DNA from: Calditrichaceae bacterium
GTDB taxonomy: Bacteria; Calditrichota; Calditrichia; Calditrichales; JBFXGD01
NCBI GenBank assembly: GCA_050173015.1
Contig: JBFXLE010000004.1
Coordinates: 192,001-256,000, forward strand
Length of the DNA stretch: 64,000 bases
Reading direction: 5' to 3'
Shown: positions 51,078-61,470 of the stretch, one piece after another
Layout: each line of letters opens with the position of its first letter
Numbering within the stretch: the stretch's first letter is position 1
Position numbers and translations under genes: made by a program
The notes under the pieces: model-generated
Database searches by the model: none
What the model was told of the DNA's origin: nothing
What the model saw: the letters and a program-made list of their open reading frames with translations, nothing else

Positions 51078-52210
51078 TAGAGATATCCTTAATTCTGTTG
51101 GTATTAATGTTGATCGTTGCTATAGAAAACATAGTGAACGGACCTGATTTGCGAAAAAAGCAGGACGGGAAAGGTTTTCTGAAAGTTTCCATATTGATCC
51201 CGGCGCGTAATGAAGTAGATGTTCTGGAATCATGTCTCGAAAGTCTGGTTAAACAAAAATATGCAGATTTTGAAATTATTGTTTTGAATGATCAATCAAC
51301 TGACAGCACAGGTGATGTGATAAAACAGTATGCCGGAATGTATCATACAGTACGCGGGGTTGAAGGAAGTCCGGTTCCTGACGGATGGATCGGAAAAAAC
51401 TGGGCGTGCTGGCAGCTAAGCCTTGAAGCTTCGGGAGATATTTTATTTTTCACTGACGCGGACACTATTCACAGACCCGATTCCGTTTCTCACGCGGTAA
51501 GCTGGATGCAATCCCGACAGGCTGAGGCTTTTTCAGTTTTTCCCCAACAAATCACAGGGACGACGGCTGAAAAATTATTGGTGCCGTTGATAGATTTTAT
51601 TCTCTATAGTCTTTTACCGCTTCGGCTGATATATAAATCATCTTTTCCTTCGCTGTCCGCCGCAAACGGGCAGCTGCTTGTTTTTACCAGGCGGGCGTAC
51701 AACAGCATAGGAGGACATCAGGCGGTAAAAAATAAAATTGTGGAAGATGTGGAACTGTTCCGAAAGGCAAAATCAATAAAACTAAAAGCTATGACGGTAA
51801 GCGGAACCGGAGTCGTTTTCTGCAGAATGTACAGAGGGCAACGACAGTTAATGAACGGATTGACTAAGATTTTGTTTGGGTTGACAGGAAATAAAATCGT
51901 AGCGCTCCTGATTTTTACCGGGATCATGTTTATGGCAAATCTCTATCCGTTCGTTTACCTGTTTAGCCAGAAATTCACAATCGCCTTATTCATCCCGGCA
52001 GGTATGGTTTTAATAATCAGGCTGGCAGTGGCATTAAGATACCGGCACCCGGCTTTTATTAGTGTTTTTTTGCATCCGCTGGCGGTGACAATCATTATTT
52101 TTATGGCCTTTAATTCATTTTTAAAAACAAAATGGGGTCGTTTCGAGTGGAAGGGTCGCGACATTGTTCTGAAAAAAATTAATCATTATCCGAATCATAT
52201 TATAAAATGA
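51074..52210 (+). CDS. GT2 glycosyltransferase (CruC/CrtQ-like carotenoid glycosyltransferase)
   Basis: IPARNE, DQSTD.T, GWIGKNWAC, FTDAD, ANGQ, VEDV, RMY, WKGR. Confidence 0.85.
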   Translation: MIEISLILLVLMLIVAIENIVNGPDLRKKQDGKGFLKVSILIPARNEVDVLESCLESLVKQKYADFEIIVLNDQSTDSTGDVIKQYAGMYHTVRGVEGSPVPDGWIGKNWACWQLSLEASGDILFFTDADTIHRPDSVSHAVSWMQSRQAEAFSVFPQQITGTTAEKLLVPLIDFILYSLLPLRLIYKSSFPSLSAANGQLLVFTRRAYNSIGGHQAVKNKIVEDVELFRKAKSIKLKAMTVSGTGVVFCRMYRGQRQLMNGLTKILFGLTGNKIVALLIFTGIMFMANLYPFVYLFSQKFTIALFIPAGMVLIIRLAVALRYRHPAFISVFLHPLAVTIIIFMAFNSFLKTKWGRFEWKGRDIVLKKINHYPNHIIK

Positions 52211-54540
52211 AGAACTTAAAATATTTAATACTAATCATCTTTTTAATATCGTCAGCTCTGGCTGATGCTACCGGCCGAATCACCGGAAGGATTATCGATC
52301 GGCAGACCAAAGAACCGCTCGCGGGAGTGAATGTGAGTTTACTCCTGACAAGCCTGGGATCTTCATCCGGGGAGGATGGGCGGTTTTTGATAAGTAATGT
52401 GCCGGAAGGCACACATCGACTTGAGTTTACTTACGCGGGTTACCAAAAACGAGTCGTGTCTGATATTCCTGTTACCTCCGTTAAAGCCGCTATCGTAAAT
52501 ATACAGCTGATTGAGGAGATTTATGAAGGTGAAAAAATTATAGTGACAGCCGGTTATTTTTCGGAAGAAACGCAAGTTCAGCCGGGTGTCTTTTCATTGT
52601 CAAGAGAGGAAATCCGCAGATTTCCGGGGGGATTTGAAGATGTGGTTCGTACTGTTTCCACATTGCCCGGAGTCGCAATAAATGTAACAGGTGGGAGAAA
52701 TGATCTCCTTGTGCGCGGCGGCGGGCCTTCTGAAAATCTGTATGTAATTAACAATATCGAAATACCAAATATAAATCATTTTGGCGGACAGGGAACCGGC
52801 AGCGGTTCTCTGAGCTTTCTAAATCTTGACTTTGTAAATAATGTCAGTTTTTCAACAGGTGGTTTTTCAGTGGACTACGGCGATAAAATGTCGTCTGTAT
52901 TGGAATTGACTATGACTGAAGGGCGTTCAGACAGGATCGGCGGCAAACTTCTGCTATCCGCGACACAATTTGGTTTAAATGGCGAAGGGCCTTTGGGAAA
53001 TAATGGTAATTTTATTGTATCCGCCCGGAAAAGTTACCTGGATCTGATTTTTAAAGCGGCCGGATTACCCTTTATTCCTGTTTATACGGACTATAATGTT
53101 TTGTTAAATTTTCAACCAACTAATCGGGACAGGATTGTGCTTTTGGGATTAGCCGCGGTGGACCGGGTGGAACGGGATCAGAGCTCTCAGGAAAATCGCG
53201 TAACGAACTCCGGCATCCTCGGAAACTCGCAGAATCAGTTTATCGCGGGAATGGATTACAGACACCTTTTGAACAGCGGCTATATAAATCTGACAACAAG
53301 CTGGAATTTGAATCAATTTCGTCTGAATCAGAAGGATGAAAATGAAATTGATTATTTTAACAGCAGGGCAGATGAACAAGAGCTGAATTTAAAGCTACAG
53401 CATTTTACGCTTATGAGTAAAAAACTGGGGATTAAGACCGGATTATCCCAAAAGTTTATTTTCAGTGACAATCAGTCTGTTTTTGCGGACAGCATTTTTG
53501 ACAGAAACGGGAAAAAACTGCCGGTCGAAGCGATCGGTGTCAGTAAAGAAAATTTTCAAAATATCAGTGCATCCAAATCAGCACTGTTTTTTGAAGCGGA
53601 ATGGTTCGCGAATAAAAATGTGACCGTGAAGAGCGGATTTCGCGCGGATTACTTTTCCTTTCTTGAACAGCCCCTCTATATCGCGCCCAGAATGGCTTTG
53701 AAATATCAGATATCGCCCCGGTTTCAATTGAAGACAAGCGGAGGCGTTTACTATCAGTCCCCGTCCTATGTGTGGCTTGTGAATCGGGAGAACAGATACC
53801 TAAAAGCGCTTGAGAATAAAATGATTGTCGCGGGTTTTGATTATCTCCTTCGGGAAGATACCAGGGTGTCACTGGAGACCTATTATAAACGTTACGACAA
53901 TTTGCCCTCAGGGGCTGCTGCCGGTCTGAATGATTACCTGGTAATAACCAACACGGGAACTTCTTACGGAGGGCGTGATGATGATTTCCAGTCCTTCGGT
54001 TATTTTCCTCTTAAATCATCCGGAGATGGTTACGCGTATGGATTCGAATGGCTGGTTCAGAAACGGTTTTCTGATATACCGCTTTATGGACAGATGAGTT
54101 TTTCGTATGCCAGGTCCGGGTATAAGGCAGAAAACGGTAAGATTTATCCCGGTCAGTACGATCAGCGGGTCATCTTCAATATATCAAGCGGTTATATATT
54201 TAATAAAAAGTGGGAGATGAGCGGAAAATTCAGATATTTTACCGGGATTCCCTATACGCCGGTTTACAGACCGTCAGAAAACAATATTCAACCCGGATCC
54301 GTTCAGAATTTACCGGATGAATATCTTTCGGGGAGACTTGCCCCGGCGCATCATCTGGACTTACGGGTTGACCGGTATTTTAACTTTCCCAAATGGATGT
54401 TGATAATATTCGTAGACATCCAAAATATCTATAACTTTAAAATTCCGTCCCCTCCGGAGTATGATTTTTGGGAAGATAAGATTGTCACCGCGTCGAACAT
54501 TGGAATATTACCGTCAATTGGTATCAGCTTTGAGTATTAG
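52207..54540 (+). CDS. TonB-dependent receptor with N-terminal carboxypeptidase-regulatory-like domain
   Basis: Signal peptide; G.I.D..T.EPL.G.NV; plug VRGG.PSENL..IPNINHF; barrel with aromatic C-terminus SFEY. Confidence 0.9.
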   Translation: MKNLKYLILIIFLISSALADATGRITGRIIDRQTKEPLAGVNVSLLLTSLGSSSGEDGRFLISNVPEGTHRLEFTYAGYQKRVVSDIPVTSVKAAIVNIQLIEEIYEGEKIIVTAGYFSEETQVQPGVFSLSREEIRRFPGGFEDVVRTVSTLPGVAINVTGGRNDLLVRGGGPSENLYVINNIEIPNINHFGGQGTGSGSLSFLNLDFVNNVSFSTGGFSVDYGDKMSSVLELTMTEGRSDRIGGKLLLSATQFGLNGEGPLGNNGNFIVSARKSYLDLIFKAAGLPFIPVYTDYNVLLNFQPTNRDRIVLLGLAAVDRVERDQSSQENRVTNSGILGNSQNQFIAGMDYRHLLNSGYINLTTSWNLNQFRLNQKDENEIDYFNSRADEQELNLKLQHFTLMSKKLGIKTGLSQKFIFSDNQSVFADSIFDRNGKKLPVEAIGVSKENFQNISASKSALFFEAEWFANKNVTVKSGFRADYFSFLEQPLYIAPRMALKYQISPRFQLKTSGGVYYQSPSYVWLVNRENRYLKALENKMIVAGFDYLLREDTRVSLETYYKRYDNLPSGAAAGLNDYLVITNTGTSYGGRDDDFQSFGYFPLKSSGDGYAYGFEWLVQKRFSDIPLYGQMSFSYARSGYKAENGKIYPGQYDQRVIFNISSGYIFNKKWEMSGKFRYFTGIPYTPVYRPSENNIQPGSVQNLPDEYLSGRLAPAHHLDLRVDRYFNFPKWMLIIFVDIQNIYNFKIPSPPEYDFWEDKIVTASNIGILPSIGISFEY

Positions 54541-54584
54541 ATGTAGAGTGTTTTGCCATTATGCGAATTGAATAAAGAGTCAGA

Positions 54585-55307
54585 ATGAAAGAAAAATCAA
54601 TTTTATTGTCATTGGTATTTACCCACAAAGATTCCATAAAACTTCTGGTCCTATATGTATTAATGATCGCCGGAGGCATATGGCATCTTTTGGGATGGTT
54701 TCAACCGGTTATGCAAAATTCGGCATCACTGGCCATGGGATTGATCACGCTCTGGATTGTTTATGAATATTACGGGCTATACCAATCCGTGAAAAAGAAT
54801 GACCGGGATAAAAGAAGTGATTTTTTTCGTTTACTTATATGGATCATGTCAGTTTTTATTATTTCTATTGCCATTGAAGAGATTGGCGTATCTACCGGTA
54901 TGATTTTCGGCGAGTATAAATACGGGGAGACGCTCTTTCCGTTTTTTATAAATGTCCCGGTCGCGATCGGATTTTCCTGGATAAATCTTTTGCTCGGATC
55001 CATGGCGGTGGTCAGTGTGATAATTCCCGGATATTCCCGCGCGAATCCTGTTCTGATTTCTATAATGATCGCGGTATTGATGGTCGTGTTCGATTTTCTG
55101 ATGGAGCCCGCGGCCATAAAGCTGGGTTATTGGGAATGGAAAGATAGCATGATTCCGGTCTGGAATTATCTTTCCTGGTTTGTCTTTGGGTTTTTGTTTG
55201 CCTGGTCCGCCTTCGGAACAGGTATATTGAGACGGGGAATTCCCGGCATTACGATGCATGCCTGGTTCGCGCAATTAGCTTATTTTTTTATGGTTACCCT
55301 AAAATAA
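54585..55307 (+). CDS. cruF: Carotenoid 1,2-hydratase CruF-like (DUF422)
   Basis: E.IGV.TG.IFG.Y.YG..L, VP..IG..W, D..MEP.A..LGYW.W, P.WNY..WF. Confidence 0.8.
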   Translation: MKEKSILLSLVFTHKDSIKLLVLYVLMIAGGIWHLLGWFQPVMQNSASLAMGLITLWIVYEYYGLYQSVKKNDRDKRSDFFRLLIWIMSVFIISIAIEEIGVSTGMIFGEYKYGETLFPFFINVPVAIGFSWINLLLGSMAVVSVIIPGYSRANPVLISIMIAVLMVVFDFLMEPAAIKLGYWEWKDSMIPVWNYLSWFVFGFLFAWSAFGTGILRRGIPGITMHAWFAQLAYFFMVTLK

Positions 55308-55317
55308 GGTCTTACGG

Positions 55318-56070
55318 ATGAACACGCTTTCAGAGACATCAAGAAATTCGGGTGGTTTAATGATAGCTTTTGGGATCATTTTTACCTGGGGTATTAGTCT
55401 GATATATTTACTGTCTCTGCATATTAAATGGTCGATGTTTTTCTGGATTCCGCTGGTATTATGGCAGACTTTTTTCTATACCGGTTTGTTTATAACCGCT
55501 CATGACGCGATGCATGGCAGTGTATATCCGCGAAATAGAAAATTAAATGACGCCATAGGCGCCATGGCGGTTATGTTATATGCTTTGTTTTCATACAGGA
55601 AATTAAAGCAGAAGCACTCCGAACATCATCAGTTTCCGGGGACCCGGAAGGACCCTGATTTCCATGACGGGCATAAAAGAGGCATTGTAAGCTGGTATTT
55701 TCATTTTTTAAGAGGCTATATCGGCTGGACACAACTGACCGGAATGGCGGTTATTTTTAATATTCTTGAACATTTGTTCAATGTACCGGTTCTGAATTTG
55801 CTTGTTTTTTGGATTATACCGTCGCTTATGAGCACGGTCCAACTGTTTTATTTCGGCACCTATCTGCCGCACCGTGAAACGGAGATCGCCTTCGCGGACC
55901 GCCACCGGGCGAGAAGTAACGATTATCCGGTATTCTGGTCGTTTCTCACGTGTTATCATTTCGGATATCACTTGGAGCATCATCTTGTTCCGTCGGCTTC
56001 CTGGTGGAGATTGCCGGTGGTGAGGAATAAATTGAAAGATCGTTTATTGATGCAAAATAAGGATGAATAA
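55318..56070 (+). CDS. crtW: Beta-carotene ketolase
   Basis: [19 protein letters not shown]...[26 protein letters not shown]. Confidence 0.9.
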   Translation: MNTLSETSRNSGGLMIAFGIIFTWGISLIYLLSLHIKWSMFFWIPLVLWQTFFYTGLFITAHDAMHGSVYPRNRKLNDAIGAMAVMLYALFSYRKLKQKHSEHHQFPGTRKDPDFHDGHKRGIVSWYFHFLRGYIGWTQLTGMAVIFNILEHLFNVPVLNLLVFWIIPSLMSTVQLFYFGTYLPHRETEIAFADRHRARSNDYPVFWSFLTCYHFGYHLEHHLVPSASWWRLPVVRNKLKDRLLMQNKDE

Positions 56071-57572
56071 TGAAAAAAATTATTGTCATAGGAAGCGGAT
56101 TTGGAGGTTTGGCCGCGGCCAACAGGCTTGCGTCCATGGGACATGAGGTTCATATTTTCGAAAAACGTGACCGTCTGGGCGGAAGGGCGTATCAGTATGA
56201 AATAAACGGTTTTAAGTTCGACGGCGGACCCACGGTGATAACAGCGCCGTATATTTTTGATGAAATTTTTGAAGCCGCCGGGAAAAAGCGTGATGATTAT
56301 TTTAAGCTTGTGCCGCTCGATCCATTCTATCGTCTGTTCAATCACGAAGGACGTTCTTTTGATTATCGTCATCTTTTTGAAGACACGCTAAAGGAGATCG
56401 CCAAATGGAATCCCTCAGATCAGGAAGGATACCGAAAGCTACATAAACATACGCGCTCCATATTTGAATTTTTTCACCCCTATACCGATCAGCCATTCCT
56501 AAAATTGAGCGAGATGCTAAAAATTATGCCTCAGGTGATTCGATTGGAAGGGTACAGGGGCACCTACGGCTATGTCTCCAAATTTATCAAAAATGATTTT
56601 CTCAGAAGAGCGTTTTCATTCCATCCTCTTTTGATCGGCGGTAATCCGTTTGATACGCCGTCGCTATACACGCTCATCCTCCAGTTCGAAAAGGAGTGGG
56701 GCGTCCATTATGCCATTGGCGGAACCGGAGCGATCGTTGATGGGCTTGGCAGATTGTTTGCCGAATCAGGAGGAAAGGTCCGATTAAACACGGAAGTCAG
56801 TAAAATTCTTGTAAAGGGTCACCGTGTGACGGGGGTAAAATTAGCAGACGGGACCACACATGAGGGGGATATCATAGTCAGTAACGGAGATGTCGCGTTT
56901 ACTTACAGAAATCTCATCGAAGAAAAATACCGTCGAAAATATTCCAACAAAAAAATAGAACGCATGGACTACAGCATGTCCCTGTTTGTAATCTATTTCG
57001 GGACGAAGAAAAGATATCTTGATTCCAAACTTCACCACCACAATATCATATTGAATAAAAGGTATAAAGGACTTCTCAAAGAAATTTTTAACGGTCATAA
57101 GATGCCGGAAGACTTTTCTCTCTATCTTCACATGCCGACGCTAACCGATCCGTCTATCGCTCCGGAGGGTTGTGAATCTTTTTATGTCCTTTCTCTGGTG
57201 CCCCACCTTGATTCCGGTGTGGACTGGAAGACGGCAGCCAAACCATATCGTGATAAGATTATGCAATTTCTTGAGGATAATTATTTGCCGGATTTACAAA
57301 ATAATATTATCGCGGAACACTATATCGATCCTTTACATTTTCAGGACACACTCAACAGTTACAAAGGCGCGGCTTTTTCGGTAAAACCAAGTTTAATCCA
57401 GTCCGCGTATTTCAGGCCGCACAACCGGTCTGAAGATTTAGAAAATCTTTATTTCGTCGGCGCCGGCACTCACCCCGGAGCCGGAGTCCCGGCGGTGTTG
57501 TCTTCGGGAAAGATAACGGCAAATTTGATACAATCATCAAACGGGACGGGAAAAAATGACAGAATTCTTTGA
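56070..57572 (+). CDS. crtI: Second phytoene desaturase paralog
   Basis: [48 protein letters not shown]. Confidence 0.9.
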   Translation: MKKIIVIGSGFGGLAAANRLASMGHEVHIFEKRDRLGGRAYQYEINGFKFDGGPTVITAPYIFDEIFEAAGKKRDDYFKLVPLDPFYRLFNHEGRSFDYRHLFEDTLKEIAKWNPSDQEGYRKLHKHTRSIFEFFHPYTDQPFLKLSEMLKIMPQVIRLEGYRGTYGYVSKFIKNDFLRRAFSFHPLLIGGNPFDTPSLYTLILQFEKEWGVHYAIGGTGAIVDGLGRLFAESGGKVRLNTEVSKILVKGHRVTGVKLADGTTHEGDIIVSNGDVAFTYRNLIEEKYRRKYSNKKIERMDYSMSLFVIYFGTKKRYLDSKLHHHNIILNKRYKGLLKEIFNGHKMPEDFSLYLHMPTLTDPSIAPEGCESFYVLSLVPHLDSGVDWKTAAKPYRDKIMQFLEDNYLPDLQNNIIAEHYIDPLHFQDTLNSYKGAAFSVKPSLIQSAYFRPHNRSEDLENLYFVGAGTHPGAGVPAVLSSGKITANLIQSSNGTGKNDRIL

Positions 57573-58968
57573 GCTTGGATTTTCACAAACAAAAAATGAA
57601 ATTCAACTGGACTCCATCCCGGTTAAAGGTGTGATTCCACCATGGCTGACGGGGACATTGATTCGCAACGGGCCCGGCACTTTTAATGTTGGAAATAGAA
57701 GTTACCGTCATTGGTTTGACGGTCTGGCAATGCTTCACAAATTTTCATTCAAAACCGGTGAAGTGTCCTATTCGAATAAGTTTCTAGAATGTAAGGCATA
57801 TAACGAGGCAATGGAGAAGGGGAAGATATCGTATTCTGAATTTGCCACAGATCCCTGCCGTTCGCTGTTCGGAAAACTAACGGCGGTCTTTAATCAAAAA
57901 ATCACCGACAGCGCCAAGGTCAATGTAGGGCAGATAGGGGAGCAGTTTTTGGCGCTTGGCGAAACTCCGATGCAGATCGAATTTGATCCGATCACCCTGG
58001 AATCGCTGGGTGTGTATAAATATGAAGAGAAATTTAAACAGCATATCACCACAGTTCACCCGCAATTCGATTTTAAAAGCGGTGAAGTGTACAATTTGGT
58101 AACACGATTTAACCGGATCAGCCACTACAGGATTAAACGGGTTTTGGATGGCCGTTCTGAGGTGGCGGCGGAGATACCTGTAAAAGAACCGGCTTATATA
58201 CACAGTTTCGGTATGAGTGAAAAATATCTAATTCTGACCGAGTATCCTCTGGTGGTAAATCCGCTCAAATTATTGTTTCAGATCAAGCCGTTCATCGAGA
58301 ATTTTATCTGGAAGCCCAAAAATGGCGCCCGCTTTCTTATCTTTGAAAAGAAAACAGGCAAATTAGCGGCTGAAGTCAAAACCGATGCCTTTTTCGCTTT
58401 TCATCATATCAACGCGTTCGATGATGGAGAGGATCTTGTCATCGATATTAACGCGTATCCCGATGCTGACATTATTCACGCATTTTATCTAAACAGATTG
58501 AAGGACAAAAAATCCCGTCTGCCATTCGGAGAATTCCGTCGTTATCACCTCAATCCGGCAAACGGAAGCATCCGATATGAAAAGATCTCCGATGAATGCA
58601 TCGAACTGGCGAGGTACGATTATGAACGGCTGAATATGAATAAAGACTATCGGTATGTTTACGCCGTCAGCGTCAATAAAAAGGCGCCGGAGGGATTCTA
58701 TAATCAGTTAGTAAAAATAGACATACACAATAAGAAATCTAAAAATTGGTTTACTGAACATTGCTACCCGGGAGAACCGGTATTTGTCGGCAGGCCCGGA
58801 CGTACAGATGAAGATGAAGGAGTGGTGCTTTCGGTGGTGCTAAATGAAAAAAAGGGAAACTCGTTTTTACTCATTCTTGACGCGGCTACATTCACTGAAA
58901 TTGCCAGAGCAGAAATCCCGCATCCCGTATTGTTCGGTTATCATGGAGAATTTTTTGATCAAATTTAA
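57556..58968 (+). CDS. Carotenoid cleavage oxygenase (RPE65/CCD family)
   Basis: G.IP.WL.G.L.RNGPG, HWFDG.AM; four Fe-ligand His (TVHP, IHSF, FHHIN, GYHG); GEPVFV, EDEG. Confidence 0.9.
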   Translation: MTEFFELGFSQTKNEIQLDSIPVKGVIPPWLTGTLIRNGPGTFNVGNRSYRHWFDGLAMLHKFSFKTGEVSYSNKFLECKAYNEAMEKGKISYSEFATDPCRSLFGKLTAVFNQKITDSAKVNVGQIGEQFLALGETPMQIEFDPITLESLGVYKYEEKFKQHITTVHPQFDFKSGEVYNLVTRFNRISHYRIKRVLDGRSEVAAEIPVKEPAYIHSFGMSEKYLILTEYPLVVNPLKLLFQIKPFIENFIWKPKNGARFLIFEKKTGKLAAEVKTDAFFAFHHINAFDDGEDLVIDINAYPDADIIHAFYLNRLKDKKSRLPFGEFRRYHLNPANGSIRYEKISDECIELARYDYERLNMNKDYRYVYAVSVNKKAPEGFYNQLVKIDIHNKKSKNWFTEHCYPGEPVFVGRPGRTDEDEGVVLSVVLNEKKGNSFLLILDAATFTEIARAEIPHPVLFGYHGEFFDQI

Positions 58969-61354
58969 TCTGAATTTAAAAGCAACCATAGCGATCTTTA
59001 ATTTGCTTGCCGTGACTATCTTATTCGCCGCGGGAAACAAAGGACATATCGGCGGTATGGTTTCCGATAAACGGACGCTGCAGCCCCTGGCCGGCGCGAA
59101 TATAGTCATTGAAAGTCTCGGCAGCGGGGCGGCAACCGATACTGACGGTCATTTTTCCATTTTAAATCTGGAACCCGGGAGCTACAATATCGACGTGTAC
59201 TATCTCGGATACAAGACGCTTAAAAAGGGGAATGTAATCGTCAATCCAAACCGCACTACGGTTTTGGAACTGGTGATGGACGAAGACCTTCTCGAAAGCG
59301 AAACCATTGACGTAACGGCAAGCTATTTCGACAAACCGAAAAACGCGGTTGTCAGCGCCCGTTCAATGGATTTTGAGGAAATCCGCCGCAGTCCGGGGGA
59401 TGTTCTGGATATACAGAGGGCGGTTCAGGCCCTGCCGGCAGTGGTATCGGGCAGTGATCAGCTTAATGAAATCATTATCCGCGGGGGGTATCCGGGTGAA
59501 AATCTGTTCATAATGGATAATATCGAAATTCCCAATCCGAATCATTTTGCGATCCAGGGAGCCGGGGGCGGGCCGATTAACATGCTCAACAGCTATATGG
59601 TTCGTAATGTGGATTTCTACGCGGGAGCGTTTTCCGCGAAATATGGGGATAAGGCCTCATCTGTCATGGATATATCCCTTCGAAACGGATCCACCGAGCG
59701 GTTTCGGGCTGAAGGCAGTCTGGGAATGGCCGGTGTAGGCGGTCTTATCGAAGGACCGGTCTCGGACGTGGGCAGTTACATTTTTTCAGCCAGAAAAAGT
59801 TATCTTGATCTAATCATTTCTTCAACCGGTCTGACTGCGGTTCCTCATTACTACAATCTACAGGGGAAAATGACACTGAATCTGAATCCAAAGAACACTT
59901 TATTTTTTAATGCTGTATACGGACGTGACAGGATAAATATTGAAGATGAGGAAGAAGCCGGTTATGGGCGCGGCGCGGAAAATGTAAATACACATAACAG
60001 CCAGACCATTGCCGGTCTGACTCTCCGAACTTTCTGGGCGAAAAAACTTTATTCCTTCACTACTTTATCGGCGGTTCAAAATGACTATGATGTGGATGTG
60101 TATGAGTTCAGGCCGGAAAGACACACGTTTTTCACCAATCGTTCAAAGGAAACAGAATACACATTCAAGTCAGATTTTGTATATCAGTTGAGTAAACATA
60201 TTGAGTTTGATTTCGGCGCCTCGGTTAAGCAGCTTAATTTTGATTATGATGTCTGGTCGGAAGCGGATACTCTGTTTCTTTATGATCCGGGAACATCAAA
60301 TTCTGATTCAGCAATCGGTATTTTCCGGGCCTATCCGGAATATTTAATTGATCAAAATGAGAAAACGTATAAAAGCGCGGGATACTTACAGGCATCCGTG
60401 GATTTAATAAAAAAATTCCGCTTAACCGGCGGCCTGCGTTATGATTATTTTGATTATAATAATTTTAGCTCAGTCAGTCCGCGTACAGGTCTGTCTTATT
60501 TTTTTAGTCCTAAAACCACATTCAATCTGGCTTACGGCAAACATTTTCAGTCACCCGCCTATGTTGAACTTGCCGCGAACATTAATAATAACAAATTAAA
60601 AAGCAAATACACCGATCAGTATGTGGTTGGCATTGAACATCTTTTCCGGGATGATATGAAACTTGTGGTCGAGGCTTATTATAAAACTTACAAAGATCTG
60701 GCAGTAAAGAAGACTTTGACGACGCCCGATCCATATGATTATGATGACGGGACCTATCTCAATGCCGGCAAAGGCGATTCAAAAGGAATTGAATTTTTTT
60801 TCCAGAAAAAACTGACCCGCAGTTTCTCAACCATTATTAGTTATTCCCACTCCATTTCACAGGCGGAAGATCCAAGGTACGGTACAAAATTTGACTGGGA
60901 TTATGATTACAGAAATGTATTCACGTTTATTACCGGGTACAAATTCCGGTGGATGAATGATAAATGGTACCGCGATTTAAAAAATAAATGGTGGTTCCAC
61001 GGTTTTTCATGGCTGCCTATCGCTCCGGCTGATGAATTGGAAATCAGTATGAAATTCAGATATCTGGGCGGCCGTCCTTATACACCGCCTGTCTATCATC
61101 CGGAACTGCAGGAATGGGTGGTGGAAGAACAGCAGATTCTCAATCCGGAGCGGTATCCTGAATATCATCGTCTGGATTTGCGAATCGACCGCCGGTTTAT
61201 TTTCAATTCCTGGAATCTGGTTGTATTTTTTGATATCATGAATATTTACGGACGGGATAATATCTGGAGTTATCAGTATAATGACGACGGCACCAGAGAA
61301 CGGGTGCTTCAGTACGAAACCTTACCGATCGGCGGTGTTTCCATCGAATTTTAA
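58943..61354 (+). CDS. Second TonB-dependent receptor, paralogous to 52207-54540
   Basis: Likely start ATG 58943 or TTG 58955; plug IRGG.PGENL..IPNPNHF; ARKSYLDLI; RLDLRIDR; ends SIEF. Confidence 0.9.
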   Translation: MENFLIKFNLNLKATIAIFNLLAVTILFAAGNKGHIGGMVSDKRTLQPLAGANIVIESLGSGAATDTDGHFSILNLEPGSYNIDVYYLGYKTLKKGNVIVNPNRTTVLELVMDEDLLESETIDVTASYFDKPKNAVVSARSMDFEEIRRSPGDVLDIQRAVQALPAVVSGSDQLNEIIIRGGYPGENLFIMDNIEIPNPNHFAIQGAGGGPINMLNSYMVRNVDFYAGAFSAKYGDKASSVMDISLRNGSTERFRAEGSLGMAGVGGLIEGPVSDVGSYIFSARKSYLDLIISSTGLTAVPHYYNLQGKMTLNLNPKNTLFFNAVYGRDRINIEDEEEAGYGRGAENVNTHNSQTIAGLTLRTFWAKKLYSFTTLSAVQNDYDVDVYEFRPERHTFFTNRSKETEYTFKSDFVYQLSKHIEFDFGASVKQLNFDYDVWSEADTLFLYDPGTSNSDSAIGIFRAYPEYLIDQNEKTYKSAGYLQASVDLIKKFRLTGGLRYDYFDYNNFSSVSPRTGLSYFFSPKTTFNLAYGKHFQSPAYVELAANINNNKLKSKYTDQYVVGIEHLFRDDMKLVVEAYYKTYKDLAVKKTLTTPDPYDYDDGTYLNAGKGDSKGIEFFFQKKLTRSFSTIISYSHSISQAEDPRYGTKFDWDYDYRNVFTFITGYKFRWMNDKWYRDLKNKWWFHGFSWLPIAPADELEISMKFRYLGGRPYTPPVYHPELQEWVVEEQQILNPERYPEYHRLDLRIDRRFIFNSWNLVVFFDIMNIYGRDNIWSYQYNDDGTRERVLQYETLPIGGVSIEF

Positions 61355-61470
61355 TTTCGAATTGATACGCGTCATGAGTCCGATGTTGCAATGTCCTCCG
61401 GAACTTTTATAGGTTTTATTCGTGTTGTAGTTTTTAAATATCTTGTCAAATTCGGAAACGGGATAATAAA

